Both the position numbers and the translations under genes were made by a program. 64,000 bases of DNA, from positions 39,246,001-39,310,000 of the forward strand of contig OZ287755.1 of NCBI GenBank assembly GCA_965649765.1. The letters run 5' to 3'. Shown piece after piece: positions 1 through 12,100 of the stretch (positions are counted from its first letter, which is position 1; each line of letters opens with the position of its first letter). This DNA comes from Bispira polyomma (lineage: Eukaryota). A model generated the notes under the pieces. It was not told the DNA's origin and did not search any database. It saw nothing but the letters and a program-made list of their open reading frames with translations.

Positions 1-129
1 GCTAACACATCTATTCTATTACTGTGAAGAAACCCTATTTTGAAATTAATAGGCAAATGGATACAAGGCAAAATTTCTCAAAATTCACTTAGAAATATTG
101 ATCTATTTGTAGACTGTCCTTTGTCCAGG

Positions 130-580
130 ACATTTTTAACTTGCTTTATTGATGCTAGGTATCTTCCAAAGCGCAATAGTAGAATCAGTGATACAATCTT
201 GTGATCAATGGACATAGCAAGGTCGCAAGGAAGGATGTGGGGGTGTACAGGAGGAAAACTACTGTTCCATAACAAGGGAGTTGCATGGAGAAAGCTCTGG
301 ATCCAGCCTTCCTGGGGGTTTAACAGAAGAAACAGAGCGTCTATTGTCTCTCTTTAGGTCACTGAAAGAGACAAGGGAAGCGAGGTAGGATAGGCTGGTG
401 AGTGACTACAGTCTAGAATGTGGTAACGTGAATTTTGAACAAAATTCTATAATGAATGGTAAGCCAGTGTAATTTTTTGAGCAATGGAGTGACATCGGTG
501 TGACTGCCCAGGCAAAAAAATCACCCTGCATATGTTGTTCTGAATTGACTAAAGCTTTCTAATCTCTGACTTGTTTTCTC
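130..580 (-). mobile_element. L2/CR1-type LINE 3' fragment (ORF2 end plus 3' UTR)
   Basis: Reverse complement matches the LINE at 33340-33890, including the LKKLHWLP-type segment and the 3' UTR. Confidence 0.8.
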
Positions 581-585
581 TAAAA

Positions 586-666
586 CAATGGATCACTGAT
601 TCTGCTGTTGCGCTTTAGAAGATGAAGCGCGTTAAAAATGCATAATAATGATAATAATAATAATAA
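586..666 (+). mobile_element. Extreme 3' end of the same L2/CR1 family with (TAA)n tail
   Basis: gattctgctgttgcgctttagaagatg...gttaaaaatgcataataat matches 33825-33896. Confidence 0.75.
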
Positions 667-929
667 ACAAAAGGGAGTTGCAGTAGTCAAGGCGACTACT
701 TACAAGGGTATTTGCCACCGTGTATTTGCAACAGCAATGTCTAGGGACAGATGGGTTCAGATTTGTTTAATATCATAAATGTGGTTATAGCAGGAATGAA
801 GGATGTTGGCAATATGAATGTCAAACAATATTTGTTTACACAGGAGAGAATTGGACAATAATGATTTTAGGAGCCCACTGTGTTTTTTGTTACCAATAAG
901 AATAAGTTTTGTCAGGATTTAATTTCTAT

Positions 930-2510
930 TTAGAGTAGGTCATCCACACAAATGCTGAAGTATCACAACCAGCAGTGGACTCCATGGACATGTTGAGGTA
1001 TAACCCCAAGGTGCAGATACCTGTGTATGAAAAGATTGTTGCTTTAGAAACTAGGATACGCTCCAAACTCCAATAAGGTAACAAAAGAAAGAAAAGTGAC
1101 CGTTATAATATCATGGGCACGCTGAGTCCTAGAGCCAACCTCCGATGGCCTAATAAAGCCTGTCTAGTGGGCCCAAACAGAAGAAAGAGTACCTTTGGGG
1201 AGTTATCGCTTGGTCAATTTGTTATTGGTAGTATAAAGAATGCATTGGACACTCCAGATGTTGTCACAACCAAATTCATGTTAAGGGAGTTAATGGAGAC
1301 TACCAAGTTTGCGGAAAACCTTTTCTGGCCAATAGAAAAAGGCGCATATGCAGTGTCAATGTATCAGGTAGAGGAGGAGACTTTAGAATGGGCCAATACA
1401 ACAGTTTGGGGCGAGAATAGGCTGACATATCCTCAGAGTGCAGCGTTTAGTTGATTCACACCATTACAGACGAAAATTAGCTTCAGGGACACCTCCTAGT
1501 ACTCACAGTAGGGCGAAAAAGGTTATATGTCACTATTTCAATGAAAGCTCATGTGTACACCAACAGGATCATCTGGACCAAGTAGGAACCTTATTCAAAC
1601 ATTCTGCAGCTATTGTTATAAGGCTTTGAGGAGAGAGAATGTGCACTCAGAAGTGCAATGTATCAATACAAAAAACAGTAATAGGACATGATTAGGATCG
1701 ACAGGGCTCTGGCAGCCTTAGGCGTGACAATCTAGTTAAAAATTTTAACGGTGGCGACATGACTTCATAGGTCTTTAATGGCCATCAACATTATTCTAAT
1801 TTTGTGCCTGTTTTGTGTTGTCTGAAGGACTCGGCTTGCCAGAGGTATTGGCAATGGATGGTGTTAAAAACTGTAGTTTTATATAATAAGGGCCCTTATG
1901 GCACTCTACGTGAATTTAAGGTTAACTAGTTTGTGAGAGCTCCACTCTTCAGAAGTGAGGGAGGCGGTGATGCAACCTGAAACAGACAAAAATATAATTA
2001 ATCATAATCCCATGACTCACATGGTCCCTTCCAATGTCAGATCATTATAGACAAAATACTAAACTCTGGTGTTCAAAATTATAAAGGAGAGTGAATCCTC
2101 CTTCATTCTGGATTTAAATTGGAATTTTTGGAAAAAAATCTCGGGGGCTATCATGACCATGGTTTATGGGGACATGGTGAGATTTAGGCTCCTGTACCAT
2201 AGTACGACATACCATCTCATACAGGGGAAAATCATGCTTGGAATAAACAATTCCCCACAGTCATTAAGGCCTACTTTGACACAGGAAAAGGTCATCAAGC
2301 CATCATAGTCCCCTTTAAAGAGCCTTCTCATGAGCCATATAGCACTGCCCCACTAATGACTAGACTGAAAGCCTTACACAACCATAGGGTTATTTTGGAC
2401 CTGACTCATGGAGAACACCCTTTCAATAATGCAACTATTAGGGATAGCTATTAGGGATACTATACCATTTGCATTTACCAACTTTAGTCTTTCTTATACC
2501 CCACCTTAAA
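930..2510 (+). mobile_element. Decayed DIRS/Ngaro-type (tyrosine-recombinase class) retrotransposon: gag-like ORF, Cys/His finger and RT N-terminus
   Basis: ORF 1113-1454 (WPN..LVG..RKSTFGELSLGQFV.G...LME....FW...KGAYAV) is gag-like, followed by ICHYFNESSCVH. At ~2065-2440, SGVQNYKG..YHD..NHA..FP..AIIVPFK..PLMTRLK..RVILDLT is typical of DIRS RT. Stops and frameshifts present; no RNase H or YR seen. Confidence 0.75.
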
Positions 2511-2801
2511 AGACTAGGGAAGGCGATATTAATCTTAAACTTGGTATATTATTAAAGTATTTTAACAAGTAAAAACATTGGGGAAATTTACCTTCGTTTT
2601 ACTAAACCCCACCCACCCTGGGGTCTCCTATATTAGTGTTTTATATATATGTTAGAGGTTAACCAAGAACAATATAAACCTTGGGTCTTACATCTGTCAT
2701 TTATGTACAACTAATTTAATTTTAACATTCAATGTGATAGATATAAATAAAATGAAAAAAGTAGCCCAAATATTATGTATTTTACTGGTTTTATGACTGT
2801 A

Positions 2802-2921
2802 CACGGGTGGCGCTGGCTTCGACCTACCCTTGGTTTTGGCCACTTCGATGTTTACATTTACTTTGTATTGATTTTACTGGGTGGCCAAGGCCAGGGTAGG
2901 CCGAAGCCAGCGCCACCCGTG
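2802..2921. mobile_element. 120-bp hairpin MITE (Tc1/mariner-type TA TSD) 109 bp upstream of the MMAB ATG
   Basis: TA|CACGGGTGGCGCTGGCTTCGACCTACCCTTGGTTTTGGCCAC ... GTGGCCAAGGCCAGGGTAGGCCGAAGCCAGCGCCACCCGTG|TA; ~42-bp imperfect TIRs. Confidence 0.8.
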
Positions 2922-3029
2922 TACGGGATTTTCGAACCTCGACTGAAAATTTGTATTTTCAAAACTGTTCTTGTTTGTTGTTTTGTTGTTTACTTTAGTA
3001 AATGCTTGCGTTATAACAAGAAACGGGAC

Positions 3030-3118
3030 ATGGCATTCATTAGAAAATCTTTGTGTCAGTTTGTCTTTGTTCAAACTAAATATTTATACTCTGTTAATAG
3101 AATTATCTTTTCATGTAG
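3030..3118 (+). CDS. MMAB: MMAB coding exon 1 (putative mitochondrial targeting peptide)
   Basis: ATG at 3030; basic/hydrophobic peptide with no acidic residues; donor AG|gtgagt; phase 2 joins exon 2 to give AGA and an R-Y-S cleavage-like motif. Confidence 0.82.
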
Positions 3119-6100
3119 GTGAGTGATTACAAATAATATCATATTATCGCCCATCCTGTCTAACCAGTATCACAGGGTATCGTTGTGTTACGTTGTATCG
3201 ACGGTCGTCTATTTCCGACGACCGCGTAAGAATACATTGTTGTTCCAACCACGTGCTTTATTTTGTAACTAAAAATAATATGATGGCAAATACAAGCCTC
3301 AATTTCAATGTTGGGATAATTTTTTCATATTTTGAATGCTTTATTATAATTAATTTTGACCTAAATAAAAAAAATTATTAAAATAAACGTATTTTACTCT
3401 ATGGTCGTATAATGTTATTTTTTCATATATAGCCACATTTCCGAAAAAAATTAATAACTCATGAACTACTGAATCAAGAAATTTTGTTGACATATAGTGA
3501 GAAAGCTTGTTTTATTGTGGATATCGTCCTTTTTATTGCATCAAAATCCGTTGAGAAATGGTTGAGATATTTAACTTTAAAGATGGGTAGCCATTTTTAT
3601 ATTTGTTTATCTTTACTTTCTAACTGTCGCAGAGTGTGCGCCATCTAGCGAGTATCTTAGGAAACTAGAGAACATGTGCTCATATAAGGCATTTCATTGC
3701 TTGAAAAATATATACGTACATTTAAGATATTTCTTCAAACAAATATATTGATTATTTTATTATAACTTATTTTGTAAACCGGAAATGAGGTTACTTAACA
3801 TTACATCCTTTATTTAGAAGTTGTGTTGCTGTGCTGAGTAAAAAATTGGCGTAGGCAATTTCATTTGCATTAAAAAACTATATTTGTGCCCCATTTTAAT
3901 TAATAAATGGTTGTAACTCATACAAAAATCAATAAAAAAGAACAGTGCATACTTCATTTTAGAAAATTAGCACAAAAAGCTGGGTTTGATGAATTTAAGC
4001 ATCACCGTCGATAACCAGTGACTGTTTTTGTTTTCAGAGAGGAAATACACTATTTAATAAAATGAGTTTAAAATATGTTTATTATAAAAAATAGTAAACG
4101 ATTTTTACGTTAAAATAAGGAAAACAATATTTCCTTTAATCTGGTACTATATTTAGATACTGACGGCGGATGAATATTAATAAAATGCGGTAAATGGCCT
4201 TACACCGTCGGAAACCGGTAACGCAAGGATACTGTACCTACCCGTTCATAGTCTGTGCCGTACAAGCCAATTTAGCATTTAAGTGGGCATGTATAAACAT
4301 ACCAATTGCCCCGTTGCCACACGCTCCCCTTGATTATTCATGACAAATCGCCCTCACACACATGTTTGATATCATTCGTTTTAGTGAAATTCACTAAATT
4401 AATGTTCTGCATTCAAAATTTAGAATTAAAGGAAAACTTTAAGTAGTGTACACGGGCAATCACAATAGTGTCCGGGTCATAATAGTGTCTGTTGTACTTT
4501 TTAAGAACTTACCGAAAGAGATCAATATTGTAAACAAATGCTACTTAATGCCTATAAATTAAATTACTGAATACTATATTTTATTTTTGAGAAATCTACG
4601 TTTTATACTTTAAAATGCCTCGACCAATATTGTGACCCTGACACTATTGTGACCACCCGTGTATGTACATATATAAATTGTGTACTGAATTTCTATCTGT
4701 GTAATAGAAGCAGAGACCAACAACTTGAGTAGATTACCTCGGATGGGAGCAATAATGAAGTAATTTTATGCACAGTCTCAAGTTCCCATTTCTAGCTATA
4801 CTAAAAGTGTGGGGTGATATGTAGCCCATATAATAGAACATCTAATTATCATTGATGTAAATGTTTAACAAATAATAATGTACAAGTCCAATAGTTTAAA
4901 ATCCATAGTGATGGTAGTTATCAGTTAATGGGTAAATTGTTTATTGATATCACTTGTGTGCCGATATCAATGTGTAATACAAACACATCGACATCATAAT
5001 AGACACATATTACACCTTGGGACAACATTTATACAACAATGTTGATGATTTTTTATGGTTAGTACTTTTTAAATAATGAATGAGGACCACTTTATTTCCA
5101 TTTTTACTTGTAAACATATGTAGCAGTTCTCATTTCTGGTTTCATTCAGGCAGGTTTTATAAATAAGTTCCAGTTTCTTCATAACTTTCTTTCAACTTTT
5201 CTTACATACTGATATCGGCCTAGCATCAATTAGGCACGTTAAAATCTATCATATATCAAAGTCAGACCATGATTAATTTTTAAGAAGGACAGTTTTGTGG
5301 GCCGTCTTGGCAGTAAACCAATTGGTTTGCTGTGCATCCGGGAATAAATACTGGCAATGCCATAACATATTTCCCTAGAACTAGGTTCAGCTAGCACACA
5401 CCCAATAAAACCCTGACCAAATTGTAACATAGTAAGGTCATCATATGGGTGAAGTTACAATCAAATCAGTACCTTGTTTTAATAGTTTTAGATCTTTATT
5501 TCTATGATCCTCAACCCTCACTTCCTAAATATTTTCCACATCAGCATTGACATCTATTTAAAACTATAGTTAGAATACAATTTCCTAGGTTTGTACAATG
5601 ACCACCCGTCTGGCCCCCAGAGTCAGCTAAATAAAGTTAAGATGTAATTACATTTATACACGTGGTCTCTATGGCCGAATGGTTAGTGTGTCAGACTTTG
5701 GATCTCAGGTATCTTGAGAGCCAGAGTTCGATCCTCGCCTGCAGGCCTGGAGATTATACCCTTAGACAAGGTGCTTTACACAAAGTTGTCCTTCTCTACC
5801 CAGTGTATAAATGGGTACCTGGCCGCTAATGGGTATCAGTCTTTGTGCGCCGTATGTGGCAGCACAGCTAGTATGCTCCCTGAAGGACAAGTGAAGGACA
5901 AGTGAAAGAACCCAGGCTGGGGTAATAATGTCAAAACGCATTTGATAACAGTAATGTTGGAAACTTATATATCAAGGACAGGCCACACTAGCCTAAGTGA
6001 TTTAATTCACAGTTACTTGAACACACATATGGCTGTATACTACATTTATGGTCAGACAAGCCATAACTGGGCCCTATACATGAATTGTTATACAATAAAT

Positions 6101-9100
6101 TACTCTGGTCAAAGGCACACATCATGGTTCACGGCATATTTATCTGATTGATTCCAATCAGTCAAAATTGACAATATCTTATCCGACCCAACATGGTTAA
6201 AATTTGGTGTTCCCCAAGGTTCCGTCCTGGGTCCCATTTTGTTTTCCATGTACACCACTCCACTCAGCAAGATTATTGCTGCATACAAAAACATAAACTT
6301 TCACTTCTATGCTGATGATACCCAACTGTACATCCACCTTACACCTGACTCTGCCCAGGTAGCTTTCACTTCCTTACAGAACTGCCTTGTTGATGTACAA
6401 CACTGGATGGCAGCAAATAAACTCAAGCTGAACCCTGAGAAGACTGAGTTTATTTTGTTTGGCTCCAAGTCGCAACGGGAAAAATTGTCCAGCTGTTTTC
6501 CACTTGACATTCTTGGCAGCAGGTTTTTTCCAGCTGACAAAGTACGAAACCTGGGTGTTTTGTTCGACTCTGAATTTTCCTTCTCGAACCATGTCGCATC
6601 GGTGTGTAGATCATGTTTTGTTAGCCTCCGTGATTTCAGGCGGATTCGACGCTATCTTTCAAGATCCACTGCAATCACTGTTGCCAATGCTTTGGTCAGC
6701 AGCAGGCTTGATTACTGCAACTCTCTGTTCCGTTCCTTATCTCGTAGTGATCTCAGACGCCTTCAGAATATCCAACACTCCTTGGCACGTATTGTGACCA
6801 AAATATCTAAATTTTCCCACATTACTCCTGTACTGAAGTCACTGCACTGGCTCCCAATAAAATATCGTGTTGCTTTCAAAACAGCAACAATAATATATAA
6901 ATTTCTAAATTCTGGATTACCCACTTATTTTAGCCCCCATCTATCCAAATATACATGCTCAGTCAGGACTAGGCGCAGTAACCCTGATAAATTATACCTT
7001 AACATTCCCACTTTCGACCCTCGCATCCACAAATCCAAAGTTCAGTTCAATCACTGCCTAGCTCATGATGGCCCCCTCATTTGGAACAGCCTACCTGATC
7101 ATGTTCGCCTGGCTGAAACTTTCTCCTCTTTCAGGAGTAAGCTGAAGGCCTATCTTTTTGAACAGGCTTTTCCACCTTAGCCGTCGCAACCATCTACGGT
7201 AGTCTTCCTGGTTACGACTTCCATCCGCCCACTATTTTTGATTTGCGATTAACGTTTTGGGTTTGGTGCGCCTTAGAATTTGTTGTACAAAGATTAAGCG
7301 CTATAAAAGTATGACTAGATTAGATTAGATTATGGTACAGTTAGTACTTTTACGACCAAATAACATATAGTACATGAACATACGCTCTGACAATACTATA
7401 TTTACATGAACTTAGTTTTAATACATCATCCTTTGCAATGATACAAACTGATGATTTTAGTTAGGATATTTAATGACACACAGATGATTTTAGTTAGCGT
7501 ATATAATGACACACAGGTGATTTTAGTTAGAATGAATGATTACAATTCACCAATCAAACCATAGACAGTAATTTTATGTATACCATAAAACTGTAAGAAA
7601 ACCGCCAGGGCTATTAATTGTCACCCTGACTGAACCTGATTGTGGCTACTCATGTAAAATTAGACTGTTCTGACATCGTAGAGAGCACTGAGCAGTAATT
7701 ATAGGTGTAATTATAGGCCCTTATATCATGCTTCTTAATTATTAGTCCCCTATTCTTTAAGATTTTCAATACAGCAGTGTTCTTCTAAGTTCTTTATTAT
7801 AGTGTCTTAATCAAAAGCTTAAAAGTTTTAACACAAACCCTTATTTTATGAGCACTTGGAGAGTGATAATCTGTTCAGATACTAGGAAGGTTCATCAAAT
7901 AGAATAGGTATTTTAGTACAAACTATAAACCAGGTGCAGATTCTAAATATCAGGGAGTATAAGTTGAGTTCATATTATAAAAAATTTATATAAATAGTAA
8001 TTTTGGATAATCAAAGTTCCTACTAGGAGCATATCATTGTTGTAACTTCAGATACTCCACCGAATCTTCTAACGACAAAGACAAAACACTGAAGATCTAC
8101 ACCAGAACCGGAGACAAGGGTAAGAGAGCCAGACGTACTTACAACTAACACCAATCATCCCGCACCCTAACATTGATAGAACCGATAATTAAATATAGAT
8201 AGATATTTAAATTATCATTAATTAGGCTTGTATTCTGCAGTAATTGTGTGTTAGTGTTGAATCAGTATTGTGTGAATGATTTATGAATTTAATTTTTATT
8301 TGTTCCTACATTTTAATATTAGGTGTAAGTTGCTGAGTTATCATGGGTGTGAGTTGTTGTGGGTGGCTTATCATTGGTTGTGGCGCCATTGAAGTGAAAA
8401 ACTTTAACATTATATATATTTTGATGTACCATTTCTAGGGAAGTCATCAACCTTCACAGGAGAGCGACGTCCCAAGGATGACAGCGTGTTTGAAGCCCTG
8501 GGAGCCACTGATGAACTGAGTTCTGCCATTGGGTGGGTGAGATGGGGAAACGGTAAACAACTGGAAGATCTGAATAATGATGTTAATTAAGCGTCCCTTG
8601 AAAAGGGCGCTTATTTGGTTTCACCCCTGGTTTCCTCGCCGCCGCCACCGCATGGTCTTCCGTGAATATCTCCTTCAATATTATCTGCATCAAAATTATT
8701 TTTGGCAGTTCTCTTAACCAGGAGTGGGAAATTTTTTTCATATTCTTGGCTTTGAACTTTGGCCTACTTAAATGTCAGGTGACCCTGGGGGTGTAAAAGT
8801 GCTTGTCACTAGGTTTTCTCAAAAAGTATTCATCATAGCTTAATGAAATTTGGTATGTACCTTGGTAAGGCAATTTTCAGGACAGGAGACGCTGATGAGA
8901 TTAATCGGATGATAATTGACTGATTGCCAACCGATTGATTTTTATTGAAATGCGAAAAATCGGTACTTTTTTGCTATCTCGGAAACTATTGGGATTTCGG
9001 CTTTTTCTTGGTATAAGTTATTCATCTACTTTTTGATTTTATGTATGATGTAAAAATTTCAGTTCTAAGTCCAGTACTCAATGAGTACTGAGAACTTCAA

Positions 9101-12100
9101 ATGAGTATCTTGCACTTTTATCAACTTTTCTTTTGAAGTACTTGTCATAGTTCAATAAAATTTCGCATGCACATTGCAAATACCAAAGCATAGAAGTCCA
9201 TAAATTTTTAGATCAATCTGGTGATAATTGACTGATTGACAGGGTCGATCAATCATACAAAATGGGGAAAAAAATGTGTTGATGGGTGCTTTTTTGAGCG
9301 TGTGAGGATTTTTTTTATTTTTAATTTTAGACCAGTACATGCAGCGTGTAACTTTTAAAGAATAGCCTTAATTTCTATTTATTTTTTACCCCAACCAAAA
9401 ATATGCGATCGTTACTGATATAAAACGATTTTAATTTCAAAAATTTAAAAAATTAAGGTTTTTTTTAAAATGTTCATTATCTCTGAAACGGTGCTAGATA
9501 GAGCGATTTCGAGCTCATTTTCGACCCACAGGGTTGATTTTGCTTATATGTAAACTTTTAAAAAAATTTCAATTTTGGCTGCCATCTTGAATTTCTGCGT
9601 CTTTTTGGAAAATGTCAGTTATCTCGGAAACGGTGCTAGATAGAGCGATTTCAAGCTCATTTTCGACCCACAGGGTTGATTTTGCTTACATGTAAACTTT
9701 TAAAAAAATTTCAATTTTGGCGGCCATCTTGAATTTCTGCGTCTTTTTCGAACATGTCAGTTATCTCGGAAACGGTGCTAGATAGAGCGATTTCGAGCTC
9801 ATTTTCGACCCACAGGGTTGATTTTGCTTATATGTAAACTTTTAAAAAATTTCAATTTTGGCGGCCATCTTGAATTTCTGCGTCTTTTTTGAAAATGTCA
9901 GTTATCTCGGAAACGGTGCTAGATAGAGCGATTTCAAGCTCATTTTCGATCCACAGGGTTGATTTTGCTTATATGTAAACTTTTAAAAAAATTTCAATTT
10001 TGGCGGCCATCTTGAATTTCTGCGTCTTTTTTGAAAATGTCAGTTATCTCGGAAACGGTGCTAGATAGAGCGATTTCAAGCTCATTTTCGATCCACAGGG
10101 TTGATTTTGCTTATATGTAAACTTTTAAAAAAATTTCAATTTTGGCGGCCATCTTGAATTTCTGCGTCTTTTTCGAAAATGTCGGTTATCTCGGAAACGG
10201 TGCTAGATAGAGCGATTTCGAGCTCATTTTCGATCCTTGATATTATTTTTTGTAAACTTTTTTAAAAATTTTTATTTTGTCGGCCATCTTGAATTTCTGT
10301 GTCTTTTTCGAAAATGTCATTTATCTTGGAAACGGTGCTAGATAGAGCGATTTCAAGCTCCTTTTCGACTCATAGGGCTGATTTTTCTTTTATGTAAATT
10401 TTTCTAGTAATTTTTGATTTGGGCAACCATCTTCAATTTCTGTGTCTTTCTAGAAAACGTCTGTTATCTCGGAAATGGTGATCCTTTTCGAGCTTACATT
10501 GACCAAAAGTGCTGATTCTGCTTATATGTCAACTTTTAAACAATATCAAACCTTGTACACTGAACAATTTCATTATTATTTCAACTTTGGGGACGCTTCG
10601 TTTTTGTTATCAAAAACCGTTTTCTAGTTAATGCTGCGGCTATTATTTAAGAGGTTGATGCATCAGTCGAATGCAATGAGCATAGCAATGTATCGAGTCT
10701 TGGCTTTGCGACTCCATCGTGTATACTTCACTCCCTATTGGCCGAATTTTTGGATGAACCAAAGAGCACATTGTCACTAAGGAAAAGCATAAATAATTAT
10801 ATAGATAAAACTGTAACTTGATGTTTTTTTCTTGTTAAAATCTAAAGTTAAACTGTGGAAAACAAAACATAATTGAGGTGTCTTTTTACGCATTAACTGA
10901 CACATTGAGTCTGGCGGGTGTATAATTTATGCAAATGACATACTACACGTCACAGCCTTAATGTTAATGGAAGATTTCTATAGTGGGACATGACACTGGG
11001 TAATACATTTGTCTGTCAACTGCTAAGCAAAGGACAAGGTCGTGAAGGGGTTTAAAGAGATCCCCCGTGGTCTAGTGGTTAGGGTGTTGGTCTAATGATC
11101 AGAAGGTCGCCGGTTCAAGTCCAGGTACCAGCCGCTATTTTTATTTCGGTAGGATAACATCCTTAGGCAAGATGTGAACACATGTTTGCCTAGTGGCTCA
11201 GATGACTACTTAAAATGGCGGTCCTCTGTCACTGAGTAATATCTCCTGTGGCAGATTAAAGATCCTTGGGGACGTTGATAAATGGTCATCCTCAAGCACC
11301 TCGGCGCCCATAGTGGCTGCCCATGAGGAAGCGCATTTGAAAGGACGCTGTGTTCTATAAGTGCGCTATAACAAATGTACTATTTCATTTCATTTCATTT
11401 CAAGATTCCAAAACGTTAACCATGGGTAGGGGATAGGTGTAGAGACAAAGTTAAAGCTTGTACATTCAACTTTAACAAAGCTTTGATCAGTGTTTGTATA
11501 GTAGTTAGCATCAGTGCTGCGAAAAGTTCGCTCGGATTAGCTTTTGAAAACGAGGTTTGGAGCCGATTCTATCAAATTCGCATGTTCGGAATTTAGGAAA
11601 TCCATCAAAATACTACATTATTGGCCGCTAATTAAATCATTTTTATGAGGTTTCAGAGAAAAATTATGTGAAAAACAAATTACTGATAAAGTTTTTAGGG
11701 TAATTTGGTTGTTTATACGAAGAAAGACAATAGCTAACTATAATTTTAATGAATTTAGTCTTTGTGGTTCCTGATATGTCCCAAGTTCTTGATTAATATA
11801 GGGGTTCCAAATATCTAATGTTTTGGTGTATGTTAAAAGTATATAAATTGTTTGTAGGTGAAATAAAGCGAACAGCATTAAGATAAAGTCAATGGGACTT
11901 CATTACTTTTTGAGGAAATTTTAGTTCACCACAAATTTGACATAGAAGGTTCCATCACAAACCAAAGTTTTGCACCGAACTTAAATTATCTATTTTTATT
12001 AATGAGCTTAAATGATAAAAATTGATTCGCCATCAAAAAATTTAAATTTAAGTTAATCTTATCAACACTGCAAAAATATACCCTTTAAATGCCTGGAATA

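Noticed and set aside
2802-2921. Cobalamin riboswitch upstream of a B12 enzyme gene
   Set aside because: It is a simple TA-flanked inverted repeat with termini shared by another MITE. It has no B12-box or four-way junction, and such riboswitches are not known in animals.
2775-3029. N-terminal extension of MMAB from the ORF-track ATG at 2775
   Set aside because: It runs through the MITE and would bury the presequence; ATG 3030 gives a normal-length protein.
5665-5745. tRNA genes (also 11062, 35745, 37030, 49820, 53755)
   Set aside because: The A/B boxes run into shared SINE bodies and tails; no intact cloverleaf or acceptor stem.
9152-9340. Duplicated 62-aa ORF (also 26119-26307) as a small gene family
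   Set aside because: It is duplicated only because it lies inside the two HINE copies; no coding features.
9477-10540. CRISPR-like array (also 26445-27650)
   Set aside because: Head-to-tail ~142-bp units with no unique spacers, no cas genes, and a eukaryotic context.
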